Positions 36,280-45,785 of a DNA stretch of 64,000 nt are shown in pieces. The notes beneath the pieces are model-generated. The model did no database searches. It had not been told where the DNA came from and saw only the letters and a program-made list of their open reading frames with translations. This stretch comes from Flavobacteriales bacterium. GTDB lineage: Bacteria > Bacteroidota > Bacteroidia > UBA10329. Location: the NCBI GenBank assembly GCA_021741075.1, contig JAIOYO010000014.1:1110-65109 (forward strand). The letters are read 5' to 3'. The position numbers and the translations under genes were made by a program. The stretch's first letter is position 1. Each line of letters begins with the position of its first letter.

Positions 36280-37163
36280 AGGTCGTTGCTTGCTTTGAAC
36301 AGAATCTCCTTTTCCTTGCTGGAAAGGCTGTCATATCCCGAACGTTTTATTTTGTCTAGAATTGTATCTATCTGTTCTTGTCTCGATGCTTTTTCGGCAT
36401 TGAATTGAGCATCAGATTTTGGTCGGCTATGAACGACTTTAATTTTCTTGTTCCGTTTCGCAAAACCATCACGAATCCAGTAATACGGTTTTAAAAAATC
36501 AACTGTAAGGTTGTTTCCTTGTTTGAGCTGAAATGCGAAAGCGAATCCAAAAAATGCACCTCCAAGATGTCCGAAATGACCTCCAGCATTACCGCTTGGA
36601 ATTAAAAGAATGTCGAGAATCACAGAGACAATGGCAATGTATTTCAGTTTTACAGGGCCAATTAGCACCAAACGAACCACGTAATTAGGAACGGTGGTGG
36701 CTGCTGCAACCATGATTGCAAGTACAGCAGCTGAAGCTCCTTCGGCAACTGCAAACGGAGCGTTCGCAGAGAAAACGGGAAAAAGATTCATGGCAAGGAC
36801 GAAAAAGATGGCGCCCGAAAGACCACCTAGAATGTAGGTGCTTAAAAGTTTCTTGCTGTCGAGGAAATTGAGAAAAATGGTTCCACCGAAATAAAGCCAC
36901 ATCATGTTGAATAGAATATGGAGAAAATCGGCATGAATAAACATATGCGTAATTAACGTCCACGGTCTTAATAGAAGCAGTCTTGGTGAAGATGGAATGG
37001 TCAAATAATGAGTGACTAAATCAAAATTGGCTCCATTTCCAGAAAGGAAAAATAGTACACGCAGCACCATTAACGCGAGAAATATCCCACCGTTGATGTA
37101 AATCAACTGCATGAGAATATTGCCAGTTTTAAATTGGAATTTTATGTCATCCAACAAGGCCAT
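36276..37163 (-). CDS. Rhomboid family intramembrane serine protease (with cytoplasmic C-terminal tail)
   Basis: 'HMFIHADFLHILFNM', 'EGASAAV' and 'GHLGGAFFG'. 295 aa. Confidence 0.8.
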   Translation of the reverse strand: MALLDDIKFQFKTGNILMQLIYINGGIFLALMVLRVLFFLSGNGANFDLVTHYLTIPSSPRLLLLRPWTLITHMFIHADFLHILFNMMWLYFGGTIFLNFLDSKKLLSTYILGGLSGAIFFVLAMNLFPVFSANAPFAVAEGASAAVLAIMVAAATTVPNYVVRLVLIGPVKLKYIAIVSVILDILLIPSGNAGGHFGHLGGAFFGFAFAFQLKQGNNLTVDFLKPYYWIRDGFAKRNKKIKVVHSRPKSDAQFNAEKASRQEQIDTILDKIKRSGYDSLSSKEKEILFKASNDL

Positions 37164-37166
37164 TTT

Positions 37167-37913
37167 CTAAAAGCGAGAACCTTTCTTCTGCCAATATTTG
37201 ATGAGAATGAATCCGAAAATCATTCCACCCAAATGCGCAAAGTGCGCCACGTTGTCTCCAGCACGATTACTTACTCCTGAGAATAGTTCGATTAAACCAT
37301 AACCAATAACGAAGTATTTCGCTTTGATAGGGAAGAGGAAGTAGAGATAAATCTGCGCGTTTGGAAACATCATTCCAAAGGCGAGAAGCAAACCAAAAAC
37401 AGCCCCTGAAGCACCAACGGTGGGTGTGTTTAAGAGTAGGTTAAGTTGTGCTAAAGCCGAATCTGAATAATTCTGGCTAGCACGTAGAACCGAAGCACCT
37501 TCGGTTTTTACCATTTCAATTTGGTCGAAGCTTAGTTCTCTTAAAACTGAGAAAAGCTGGAATTCCATTACTCCAAGGTGAATGAAACCCGCTCCAAGAC
37601 CAGTAACCATGTAGTAAATGAGGAATCGTTTTCCACCCCAGTAGTTCTCAATAGCATTCCCAAACATCCACAGCGCGAACATATTGAAGAAGATATGATT
37701 TATGCTTCCATGCATGAAAATGTAGGAAACCAATTGGTGTGGTCTAAAGTATTCTGATTGAGGAATAAAAAGACCGAGCAGCTCTACCAAATCAACTCCA
37801 AAGCGCGAAAATGCCATGGTAGCCAAATAAAACAGGCCGTTGATGATGAGTAGGTTTTTAACTACAGGCGGAAGAATATTAAATCCTCCTGGTCTTATCT
37901 GTTGATCCGACAT
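37167..37913 (-). CDS. Rhomboid family intramembrane serine protease
   Basis: 'YIFMHGSINHIFFNM', catalytic 'GASGAVFGLL' and 'AHLGGMIFG'. 248 aa. Confidence 0.85.
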   Translation of the reverse strand: MSDQQIRPGGFNILPPVVKNLLIINGLFYLATMAFSRFGVDLVELLGLFIPQSEYFRPHQLVSYIFMHGSINHIFFNMFALWMFGNAIENYWGGKRFLIYYMVTGLGAGFIHLGVMEFQLFSVLRELSFDQIEMVKTEGASVLRASQNYSDSALAQLNLLLNTPTVGASGAVFGLLLAFGMMFPNAQIYLYFLFPIKAKYFVIGYGLIELFSGVSNRAGDNVAHFAHLGGMIFGFILIKYWQKKGSRF

Positions 37914-37939
37914 TTATGCTTTCTACTTCAGAATCGTTC

Positions 37940-39160
37940 TTAAAATGCTGCCATTATGAGGTTTAAATCCTTAAAAGGCAAGTCAAATGTTTTGGCTAAA
38001 TACTCGTTTGTTACAGCTCCGTTAAAGGTGTAAACTCCGTTACGTAGACCGTTGTCAACTCGCATCATGTTATTAAGGCCACCAACATCTGCCATTTGTA
38101 ACATCATAGGCGAAAAAATGTTGCTCAATGCAATGCTGGCAGTTTGCGCTACTCGTGATGCAATGTTTGGAACACAATAATGCACCACTCCATATTTGGT
38201 GAATGTTGGATGTGCGTGATTGGTAACTTCCGATGTTTCGATGCAGCCGCCTTGGTCTATACAAACGTCAATAATCACCGAACCAAACTTCATGTTGCTC
38301 ACCATTTCTTCGGTTATCAAAATAGGAGCACGGCCTTTTTTGGAGCGGATGGCTCCGATTACCACATCAGCCTGTTCTAAGGCGTTTGCCAACACATCTG
38401 GATGTATGGTACTGGTGTACAATCGCTGCCCGATGTCGTTCTGCATTCTGCTCAACTTCTGAAGCGAATTATCAAAAACCTTCACAGAAGACCCCAAACC
38501 GAGTGCTGCTCTGGCGGCAAATTCGCCAACTGTTCCGGCACCAAGAATAACCACCTCTGTTGGCGGAACGCCCGTTACACCACCCATCATCAATCCCTTT
38601 CCACCGTTCACGTTTGAGAGATTTTCGGCCGCAATTAATACAACCGTATTTCCAGCTATCTCGCTCATGGATCGGACAAAAGGATAACCACCATCAGCAT
38701 CGCGAATGAAGTCTACAGCAATTGCTGTTACTTGTTTTTTTATTAATCGCTTTAAATAGTTTTCAGGATGAACCGAAAGTTGTAGGGCTGATATGAGACA
38801 TTGTTTAGGTTTCATCAAGTCAATTTCCTCTAATGTGGGAGGGTCAACTTTTAGAATTATGTCCGCTTCGTACACTTCTTTGGTACTGTAAGCGATTTTT
38901 GCTCCTGCTTCGCTAAAATCTTTGTCTTCGTAGTGAGCGCTTTTTCCTGCTCCAGATTCGACAATTACGCGATGGCCATTAAAAACCAATCGTGCCACAG
39001 CTTCAGGAATCAACGCTACTCGGTTTTCCTGTAGCGTACATTCTTTTGGAATGCCGATAAAAAGTTCCTTTTGGCTTTTTGCAACTTCGAGCATTTCTTC
39101 TTGCGGCATTAATCCACCAGAAGCTGTTAATGTGAAACATCCGCCTTCTTGTTTGCTCAT
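37940..39160 (-). CDS. ald: Alanine dehydrogenase family enzyme
   Basis: 'GIPKE...ENRVALIPE', NAD motif 'VVILGAGTVG', 'IDVCIDQGGCIETS' and 'HYCVPNI'. I prefer the start at 39160 (ATGA overlap with the tsaE stop) over the ORF-track start at 39259. Confidence 0.8.
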   Translation of the reverse strand: MSKQEGGCFTLTASGGLMPQEEMLEVAKSQKELFIGIPKECTLQENRVALIPEAVARLVFNGHRVIVESGAGKSAHYEDKDFSEAGAKIAYSTKEVYEADIILKVDPPTLEEIDLMKPKQCLISALQLSVHPENYLKRLIKKQVTAIAVDFIRDADGGYPFVRSMSEIAGNTVVLIAAENLSNVNGGKGLMMGGVTGVPPTEVVILGAGTVGEFAARAALGLGSSVKVFDNSLQKLSRMQNDIGQRLYTSTIHPDVLANALEQADVVIGAIRSKKGRAPILITEEMVSNMKFGSVIIDVCIDQGGCIETSEVTNHAHPTFTKYGVVHYCVPNIASRVAQTASIALSNIFSPMMLQMADVGGLNNMMRVDNGLRNGVYTFNGAVTNEYLAKTFDLPFKDLNLIMAAF

Positions 39161-39594
39161 TTTTGATTGGTTATGGTTATTAGCCGCTGTTCGTTTTGTA
39201 CGCGAATATTCACCATCACATGTTTGGTTGGTATTATTCCCGAAGCCATTTCTGGCCACTCAACTAAACAAAGATACCCACTAAAGAAATAATCTTCGTA
39301 GCCGATATCATATAGTTCTTCTTCTGAACGAATGCGGTATAAATCGAAGTGGTAAACGGGTCCAATGGCGCTTTCGTACTCGTTTACGAGCGAAAACGTA
39401 GGACTGCTCACTTCATCTTGTATGCCCAAGTAAGCGCAAAACTGCTTAATCAGTGTGGTTTTTCCTGCGCCCATTTCGCCAGAAAAGAGTATGATTTGCT
39501 CGTTTGTAGCGAGTGTTTTTAGAAACTCACAAACTGGTTTAAGTTCAGAAATGGAAGATGAAGAGAATTCCTTGGTCAAAACGATTGGTTTCAA
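39157..39594 (-). CDS. tsaE: tRNA t6A biosynthesis ATPase TsaE
   Basis: 145 aa. Walker A 'GEMGAGKTTLIK', 'SPTFSLVNEY', 'HFDLYR' and 'VEWPE'. Confidence 0.9.
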   Translation of the reverse strand: MKPIVLTKEFSSSSISELKPVCEFLKTLATNEQIILFSGEMGAGKTTLIKQFCAYLGIQDEVSSPTFSLVNEYESAIGPVYHFDLYRIRSEEELYDIGYEDYFFSGYLCLVEWPEMASGIIPTKHVMVNIRVQNEQRLITITNQK

Positions 39595-39608
39595 CCGCGA
39601 AGATAACC

Positions 39609-40232
39609 CTACTTTTTTGCCGAACCTTTGTCTTGTGGGTAGTAATTCTTAAGAATCGACTCCATTTGTTTGTCGCCTCTGCAAATGGCTTCAATTTCTG
39701 ACCACATTTCGGCAGAAATTAGTTCGCGCAACGGTTGTGGATGTTCGGTAATGTGATGGAACACTTTTTTTAACTGTTCGTCCCAAACGTGGTGATAGTT
39801 TTTGAGGTCGTCTGGATAAACAACCTTCCTTTCGGTGCCTTCATCGATTCCTTGAAAAGGCTCTGGTATGTTCAAGTAGCCGTAATCGTCTGTCAATTGC
39901 TCGCCTGGATGAATGTCTCTGATGGCAATTTCAAAGTCGTAGGCTGTTGTTAGGCAATTTGAGTTGAAACTGTGATTGACGTATCTTCCGTTGTCCCAGC
40001 AAAGCACGTAATTGCCTTGGGCATTTCGAAATGTGTAGAAGTCAAGGATGTTTTGGTAGATGGCTTCTAACTTATGAAATGTATCTGGGCTGAACTCGCG
40101 ATCTAGTTTGTCTAATACCCACGTTATGGTGCCAGCTGGAATAAATTCGGTAGCTACAACACCATAGCCAATCTCGTTACTGATAAATTTTAGTTCAGTT
40201 TTTGGATGTATCATTTTGACGTTCTCAAGCAT
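39609..40232 (-). CDS. SET domain protein (putative protein-lysine methyltransferase)
   Basis: 'GYGVVATEFIPAGT', 'GRYVNHSFNSNC' (NHSxxxN-type) and 'GEQLTDDYG' (ELxxDY-like). Confidence 0.7.
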   Translation of the reverse strand: MLENVKMIHPKTELKFISNEIGYGVVATEFIPAGTITWVLDKLDREFSPDTFHKLEAIYQNILDFYTFRNAQGNYVLCWDNGRYVNHSFNSNCLTTAYDFEIAIRDIHPGEQLTDDYGYLNIPEPFQGIDEGTERKVVYPDDLKNYHHVWDEQLKKVFHHITEHPQPLRELISAEMWSEIEAICRGDKQMESILKNYYPQDKGSAKK

Positions 40233-40284
40233 TAAGTTATTGCTTGAATATTTACGCCAAAATTAGATTGGATTTCATTAAGAA

Positions 40285-40316
40285 ATCAATCGAATACATC
40301 ATTGTATTCGATTGAT
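40285..40316 (-). terminator. Strong hairpin downstream of porX-like gene
   Basis: Perfect 14-bp stem ATCAATCGAATACA/TGTATTCGATTGAT with a 4-nt loop, 26 nt after the stop. Followed by TTTCTT on the transcribed strand. Confidence 0.55.
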
Positions 40317-40341
40317 AATCAAAATGTTGAGATGTTAAATT

Positions 40342-41895
40342 TTATTTAATACCCAAATGCACAATCGGAATCATCATTTCTTCTAATGAAATCCCGCCAT
40401 GCTGGAAGGTATTTCGGTAAAAGTTGACGTAGTAATTGTAGTTGTTTGGGTAAGCAAAGAACTTGTCTTCTTTGGCAAAGATGAACGACTGGCTCACATT
40501 TACTTTCGGTAAATACGCATCGTGTGGGTTTTTGACTGCGAATACATCTTTTGCTTCGTAATTCAGGTTTTTGGCCTGCTTGTAACGCAAGTTTGTGTTC
40601 GTGTTCTTGTCACCAATTACCTTGCTTGGTTCTTGAACTCGAACGGTTCCGTGGTCAGTAGTAATCACCACATTTACATCATATTCCGCAATGCGTTCCA
40701 TCATATCTTTTAAAGGCGAATGCTGGAACCAACTTAATGTGATGGAGCGGTAAGCCGCTTCATCATCTGCCAGTTCGCGAATCATCTCCATTTCGGTTCT
40801 GGCGTGGGAAAGCATATCCACAAAATTGTACACGATTACGTTCAAATCGTTATTCATCATGTTCGGAATTGATTCTACCAATTTCTTCCCAGCCTGATGC
40901 TTCGTGATTTTATTGTAGCTGTATTTCTGTCCAAGATTCAACCGTTGCATTTGATCCTTCAAGAAATCTTCTTCGTACATATTCTTCCCGCCTTCATCTT
41001 CATCGTTCAGCCACTTGTCCTTGAAACGTCTTTCAATGTCAAGTGGGGTGAGTCCAGCAAAAATGGCATTTCGCGAATACTGCGTGGCTGTTGGAAGAAT
41101 GCTTAGGAAGATATCCTCGCTTTCTAGCTTGAACATATCCAAAACTGCAGGCCTGATAATCTCCCATTGATCCCAACGTAAGTTGTCAATCAGCAGCATA
41201 AAAGTTGGTTTTCCTTTGCCAATTTTTGGGGCGATTTTGTTCTTGAAAACCGTGTGCGACATGGTAGGATTGTCCTCGGAAGTACCACTCATCCAATCGA
41301 GGTAATTGTTCTCAACGAATTTGAAAAACTGCGCGTTCGCCTCGGTTTTTTGAGAGGCAAGAATCTCCGACATACCGTCTTCTTTGCTACGCTCCAACTC
41401 CAATTCCCAGTGTACCAATTTGCGGTAAATGTCCTTCCATTCTTGGTAGTTCAGTCGGTCGCCCAAACGCATTCCAATCTCACGAAATTCACGTTGGTAA
41501 CTGTGGCTTGTGGCCTCGGCAATCAATCTCTTTTTATCCAAATTCTTCTTTATCGTAAGTAGAATCTGGTTCGGATTTACAGGTTTGATCAAATAATCGG
41601 AAATCTTCGATCCAATTGCCTCCTCCATAATGTGTTCCTCTTCACTCTTAGTAATCATCACCACAGGCACGCGGGCATTCTTGTTTTTCATTTGAACCAG
41701 GGTTTCCAGACCAGAAAGTCCAGGCATGTTCTCGTCTAGAAAAACGATGTCAAATTCCTGCTCATCAAACAGATCCAGGGCATCATCACCGTTCGTAGCT
41801 GTTTCCACATCAAAACCCTTCTCTTTCAAGAAAAGCAAATGCGGTTTCAACAAATCAATCTCATCATCAGCCCAAAGTATCCTCAAATTATCCAT
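40342..41895 (-). CDS. porX: PorX-type response regulator (REC + PglZ/alkaline-phosphatase-like domain)
   Basis: 517 aa. 'ILWADDEIDLLKPHLLFLKEKG', 'IVFLDENMPGLSGLE' and 'ITKSEEEHIMEEAIGSKISDYLIKPVNPNQI', then a PglZ-like region ('TDHGT'). Confidence 0.85.
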   Translation of the reverse strand: MDNLRILWADDEIDLLKPHLLFLKEKGFDVETATNGDDALDLFDEQEFDIVFLDENMPGLSGLETLVQMKNKNARVPVVMITKSEEEHIMEEAIGSKISDYLIKPVNPNQILLTIKKNLDKKRLIAEATSHSYQREFREIGMRLGDRLNYQEWKDIYRKLVHWELELERSKEDGMSEILASQKTEANAQFFKFVENNYLDWMSGTSEDNPTMSHTVFKNKIAPKIGKGKPTFMLLIDNLRWDQWEIIRPAVLDMFKLESEDIFLSILPTATQYSRNAIFAGLTPLDIERRFKDKWLNDEDEGGKNMYEEDFLKDQMQRLNLGQKYSYNKITKHQAGKKLVESIPNMMNNDLNVIVYNFVDMLSHARTEMEMIRELADDEAAYRSITLSWFQHSPLKDMMERIAEYDVNVVITTDHGTVRVQEPSKVIGDKNTNTNLRYKQAKNLNYEAKDVFAVKNPHDAYLPKVNVSQSFIFAKEDKFFAYPNNYNYYVNFYRNTFQHGGISLEEMMIPIVHLGIK

Positions 41896-41915
41896 GTGTT
41901 TTTTTTAAATAATTA

Positions 41916-41996
41916 AGCCACAGAAACACAGAACTCACAGAGGGTTTTACAAAAAAAAAATCTTCCTTTTTCTGTGCTTTCTGTGTTTCTGTGGCT
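41916..41996. repeat. Long inverted repeat built from CACAGAA octamer repeats in the divergent porX/HD-gene promoter region
   Basis: Perfect 18-bp arms AGCCACAGAAACACAGAA / TTCTGTGTTTCTGTGGCT. Six further pairs (CACAGA/TCTGTG) follow a 2-nt mismatch. The loop contains A10. Confidence 0.75.
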
Positions 41997-42070
41997 ATAA
42001 AATGTTCTTCATCAACCTTTATCGAATAACTACCTTCGCCATCGCCAAAAGTAGCACTCTAACGAGCGTA

Positions 42071-43318
42071 ATGGGAATAAAGTATAACAAGCGAAAAATT
42101 TTCAATGATCCAGTTTATGGATTCATAACAGTTCCTTATCCTATTGTGTTCGATATCATTGAACATCCTTTTTTTCAGCGACTGCGAAGAATAAAACAGC
42201 TCGGGCTTACACATTTGGTTTATCCAGGTGCGTTGCATACGCGGTTTCATCACACTTTGGGCGCTATGCATTTGATGGGAATGGCGGTTGAAGAATTGCG
42301 CGCCAAAGGCTATGAGATTACCGAAGCAGAAGCTGAAGGAGTTACGCTCGCCATTCTCATGCACGATATTGGCCATGGACCGTTTTCTCATGCATTAGAA
42401 CACAGCATTGTTTCTGGCATTACTCACGAAGATATTTCTGCCCTTTTTATGGAATACCTTAATAAGGAATTCAATGGAAAGCTCGATTTGGCCATTTCCA
42501 TTTTTAACGATAATTACCCGAAGCGTTTTCTTCATCAATTGGTTAGCAGTCAGTTAGATATGGATCGTTTAGATTACCTGAAACGTGATAGTTTTTTTAC
42601 TGGTGTTTCTGAAGGAATTGTTGGTTCTGACCGCATCATTAAAATGCTGCATGTGGTAAATGATGAATTGGCAGTTGAAAGCAAAGGCATCTATTCTATC
42701 GAGAAATTTATTGTTGCTCGGAGAATCATGTATTGGCAGGTTTACTTGCACAAAACGGTGCTTTCTGCCGAACATCTTCTCATTCACATTCTTCAGCGCG
42801 CCAAAGAACTATCCGAAAAAGGGGAGGAGCTTTTTGCCACGCCAGCATTAAGTGTCTTTTTAAAACGGAAAGTAACACGTGCAGATTTTGAGAACGAACC
42901 CGAATTGCTTTCGCGGTTTGCAGAGTTAGATGATTTTGATGTACTAACCTCAGTCAAAGTATGGAAACACCATTCAGATTTTGTGCTTTCCAAACTTTCG
43001 GGTTTCATGGTCAATCGTAAATTGCTGAAGATTAAGATGTTTTCTGATGCTGTTTCAGATTCGAAACTCGCGCAACTAAGAACCCAATTAGCCAAAGATT
43101 GGAACATTTCTGAAGCAGAAGCTACCTACTTCGTATTTTCCGATTCCATAAAGAATAGTGCCTACGATTTGAAAGAAGACCGAATAAATATCCTCTTCAA
43201 AAATGGAGACGTAAAAGACTTAACTGAAGCGGCCGATACCTTAAGTTTGAGCGTACTTTCAAAACCCGTAGAAAAACACTTTCTTTGCCTACCAGCATCG
43301 CTAACCAACCAACTTTAA
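42071..43318 (+). CDS. HD-domain phosphohydrolase (SAMHD1/dNTPase-like architecture)
   Basis: 'RFHHTLGAMHL' and 'LMHDIGHGPFSH' HD motifs, plus 'DMDRLDYLKRDS'. I prefer the start at 42071 ('MGIKYNKRKIFNDPVYG'). Confidence 0.8.
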   Translation: MGIKYNKRKIFNDPVYGFITVPYPIVFDIIEHPFFQRLRRIKQLGLTHLVYPGALHTRFHHTLGAMHLMGMAVEELRAKGYEITEAEAEGVTLAILMHDIGHGPFSHALEHSIVSGITHEDISALFMEYLNKEFNGKLDLAISIFNDNYPKRFLHQLVSSQLDMDRLDYLKRDSFFTGVSEGIVGSDRIIKMLHVVNDELAVESKGIYSIEKFIVARRIMYWQVYLHKTVLSAEHLLIHILQRAKELSEKGEELFATPALSVFLKRKVTRADFENEPELLSRFAELDDFDVLTSVKVWKHHSDFVLSKLSGFMVNRKLLKIKMFSDAVSDSKLAQLRTQLAKDWNISEAEATYFVFSDSIKNSAYDLKEDRINILFKNGDVKDLTEAADTLSLSVLSKPVEKHFLCLPASLTNQL

Positions 43319-43366
43319 CCTGTCGCCTATCGGTACAACTCTACTTTAAACAGGTTCATTAAATTT

Positions 43367-43374
43367 TACTTTTG
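43367..43374 (+). promoter_or_regulatory. Bacteroidota -7 promoter box (TAnnTTTG) immediately upstream of lpxD
   Basis: TACTTTTG ends only 5 nt before the lpxD ATG. Confidence 0.3.
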
Positions 43375-43379
43375 CGCGG

Positions 43380-44393
43380 ATGATTTTAACCGCTGGTGTT
43401 ATTGCCGAACTTCTTGGTGGCAGTGTTGATGGAGACCCTCATGTACAGGTAAGTACGGTGAGTCCTATTGAGAGCGGTTTTGCGGGTTCTTTATCGTTTT
43501 TGGCAAATCCGAAATACAACGAATTTATACTTACAACAAAGGCTTCGGTTGTCATTGTAAAAGACGATTTTAAAGCGGAATTTGACGTTAAGCCAACGTT
43601 AATTCGCGTAGCCGACCCTTATTCTTGTTTCGCACTTCTGCTCCAGAAATACGATGAGATGAACCGCCCCAAAGCGGGAATTCATGCTTCGGCTGTCATT
43701 TCAGATTCTGCCAAAATTGGTCAAAATGTGACCATTTGCGCTGGTGTCGTGATAGAGGAAAATGCTGTTGTAGGAGATAATTCCATTGTTGGCGCGCTAG
43801 TCGTGCTGGAGAAGAATGTCAAAATTGGCAACGGATGCAGACTGCATTCTAGTTCAAGAGTGTTGCACGATTGCGTGCTTGGAAATAACTGCACGCTTCA
43901 TGCTGGCGTTACGATAGGAAGCGATGGCTTTGGCTTTGCACCTTCTGATACAGCTTACAGTAAAATTCCACAAGTTGGAAACGTGGTTTTGGAAGACGAT
44001 GTAGAAATTGGTTCCAATTCAACCATTGACCGCGCCACCATGGGCTCGACCATAATCCGAAAAGGAGTGAAGCTGGATAATCTGATTCAGATAGCCCACA
44101 ACGTTGAGATTGGAGAACACACCGTAATTGCAGCGCAAACGGGAGTGGCAGGTTCCACTAAAATAGGCAAACGCTGCATGATTGGTGGCCAGGTGGGAAT
44201 TATAGGTCACTTAAAAATTGGCGATAACGTAAAGATTGCAGCTCAGAGTGGCGTTGGAAATAACCTTGCAGACAATTCCATCGTTCAGGGATCGCCTGCA
44301 TTTGAAGTAGGCAACTACCGTAGGTCGTATGTGTCTTTCAGACGCTTGCCCGAAACTTTACGTGCCATTGAAACGAAGCTGAAAGATTTATAG
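43380..44393 (+). CDS. lpxD: UDP-3-O-acylglucosamine N-acyltransferase
   Basis: 337 aa. N-terminal 'AELLGGSVDGDP', 'LSFLANPKY', and long hexapeptide-repeat left-handed beta-helix sequence. Confidence 0.9.
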   Translation: MILTAGVIAELLGGSVDGDPHVQVSTVSPIESGFAGSLSFLANPKYNEFILTTKASVVIVKDDFKAEFDVKPTLIRVADPYSCFALLLQKYDEMNRPKAGIHASAVISDSAKIGQNVTICAGVVIEENAVVGDNSIVGALVVLEKNVKIGNGCRLHSSSRVLHDCVLGNNCTLHAGVTIGSDGFGFAPSDTAYSKIPQVGNVVLEDDVEIGSNSTIDRATMGSTIIRKGVKLDNLIQIAHNVEIGEHTVIAAQTGVAGSTKIGKRCMIGGQVGIIGHLKIGDNVKIAAQSGVGNNLADNSIVQGSPAFEVGNYRRSYVSFRRLPETLRAIETKLKDL

Positions 44394-45785
44394 ATGAGTT
44401 TGAAACAAAGAACAATAGGCTCAGTATGTAGGGTAAGTGGCGTTGGATTGCACACAGGAGCAATGGTCAATCTCACTTTCAAACCATCAGAACTTGGCCA
44501 TATTGTTTTTGTCAGAACTGATTTAGGAAATGCCGAAATCAAAGCTATTTCTGCAAACATTACCAGCACCGCAAGAGGAACAACGATTGGCGTTGGAGAA
44601 ACAACTGTAAGTACCATTGAACATGTGATGGCTGCTCTTTCTGCTTACGGAATTAGCAGTGCAACAATAGAAATTGACGGCCCAGAGTGCCCAATTCTTG
44701 ATGGTAGCTCCATTGAACTTTACGCGATACTGAAGAAAGCTGGTTACATAGAGTTGGAAGGCGAGCAAGATGTGCTGACTATTGATTCAAACATCGAATT
44801 TATTGATGAGGAAACAGGAGCGGAGTATTTGATTGTTCCTTCAGATTCGCCTCGATTTACCGTGATGATTGATTACGGAAGCAAAGTTCTTCCTCCTCAA
44901 CATGCGGTGATGCACAGCTTTGCTGATTTTGAATCAGAGATTGCTCCAAACAGGACATTTTGCTTCTTACATGAACTCGAATTGCTTTTAGAACACAACC
45001 TTATTAAAGGCGGTGGTTTAGATAACGCAATTGTATTTGTAGAACATCCAATGGATGATGCAAAACAAGCTAAATTGGCCAAGCAATTCAATCAATCTGA
45101 TATTCGAGCCACGCAATCCGGAACGCTCAACAATACAGAACTTCGTTTTGTGAATGAACCAGCGCGTCACAAATTACTGGATCTGATTGGTGATTTGGTT
45201 TTAGTCAATGCGCGTATCAACGGGCATATCATTGCAACAAAACCTGGCCACGGCAGCAACTCACGTTTCGGGAAATTCCTGACAACATTGGTGAAGGAAA
45301 ACCGCAAACCGAAAGCACCGAAGATTGATTTTAATGCCGCACCACTGTTGGATGTTAACGGCATCATGGCAAAACTGCCGCATCGTCCGCCATTTCTATT
45401 TGTAGACAAAATCTATGAACTGAGCGAAACACATGTGATTGGTGTGAAGAATGTGACCATGAACGAATACTTCTTCGAAGGTCATTTTCCGGGAGCACCT
45501 GTTATGCCTGGTGTTTTACAGATTGAAGCCATGGCCCAAGTGGGAGGGATACTGGTCCTAAACACTGTTCCAGACCCAGAAAATTACCTGACTTACTTCT
45601 TGAAAATTGACGGGGTCAAATTCAGGAAGATGGTTTTCCCAGGAGATACAATCGTATTCAAATTAGATTTATTAAGCCCAATTCGAAGAGGTTTGTGCCA
45701 CATGAAAGGAATTGCCTACGTGGGCAATGACCTAGTGATGGAAGCCGAAATGATGGCACAAATTGTAAAAAGAGAAGCAGAATGA
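44394..45785 (+). CDS. lpxC/fabZ: Bifunctional UDP-3-O-acyl-GlcNAc deacetylase / 3-hydroxyacyl-ACP dehydratase
   Basis: LpxC N-terminal half ('GVGLHTG', 'TIEHVMAAL', 'HKLLDLIGDL'). FabZ C-terminal half ('LPHRPPFLFVDK', 'FFEGHFPGAPVMPGVLQIEAMAQ'). Confidence 0.95.
   Translation: MSLKQRTIGSVCRVSGVGLHTGAMVNLTFKPSELGHIVFVRTDLGNAEIKAISANITSTARGTTIGVGETTVSTIEHVMAALSAYGISSATIEIDGPECPILDGSSIELYAILKKAGYIELEGEQDVLTIDSNIEFIDEETGAEYLIVPSDSPRFTVMIDYGSKVLPPQHAVMHSFADFESEIAPNRTFCFLHELELLLEHNLIKGGGLDNAIVFVEHPMDDAKQAKLAKQFNQSDIRATQSGTLNNTELRFVNEPARHKLLDLIGDLVLVNARINGHIIATKPGHGSNSRFGKFLTTLVKENRKPKAPKIDFNAAPLLDVNGIMAKLPHRPPFLFVDKIYELSETHVIGVKNVTMNEYFFEGHFPGAPVMPGVLQIEAMAQVGGILVLNTVPDPENYLTYFLKIDGVKFRKMVFPGDTIVFKLDLLSPIRRGLCHMKGIAYVGNDLVMEAEMMAQIVKREAE

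Noticed and set aside
39161-39259. 33-codon N-terminal extension of the alanine dehydrogenase ORF (MARNGFGNNTNQTCDG...).
   Set aside because: It lies entirely inside the tsaE coding region. The ATG at 39160 forms an ATGA overlap with the tsaE stop and precedes the conserved domain.
42002-42070. ORF-track start of the HD-domain gene at 42002.
   Set aside because: It begins 5 nt after the long palindrome and adds 23 non-conserved residues. 'MGIKYNKRKIFNDPVYGF' at 42071 is the typical N-terminus of this family.
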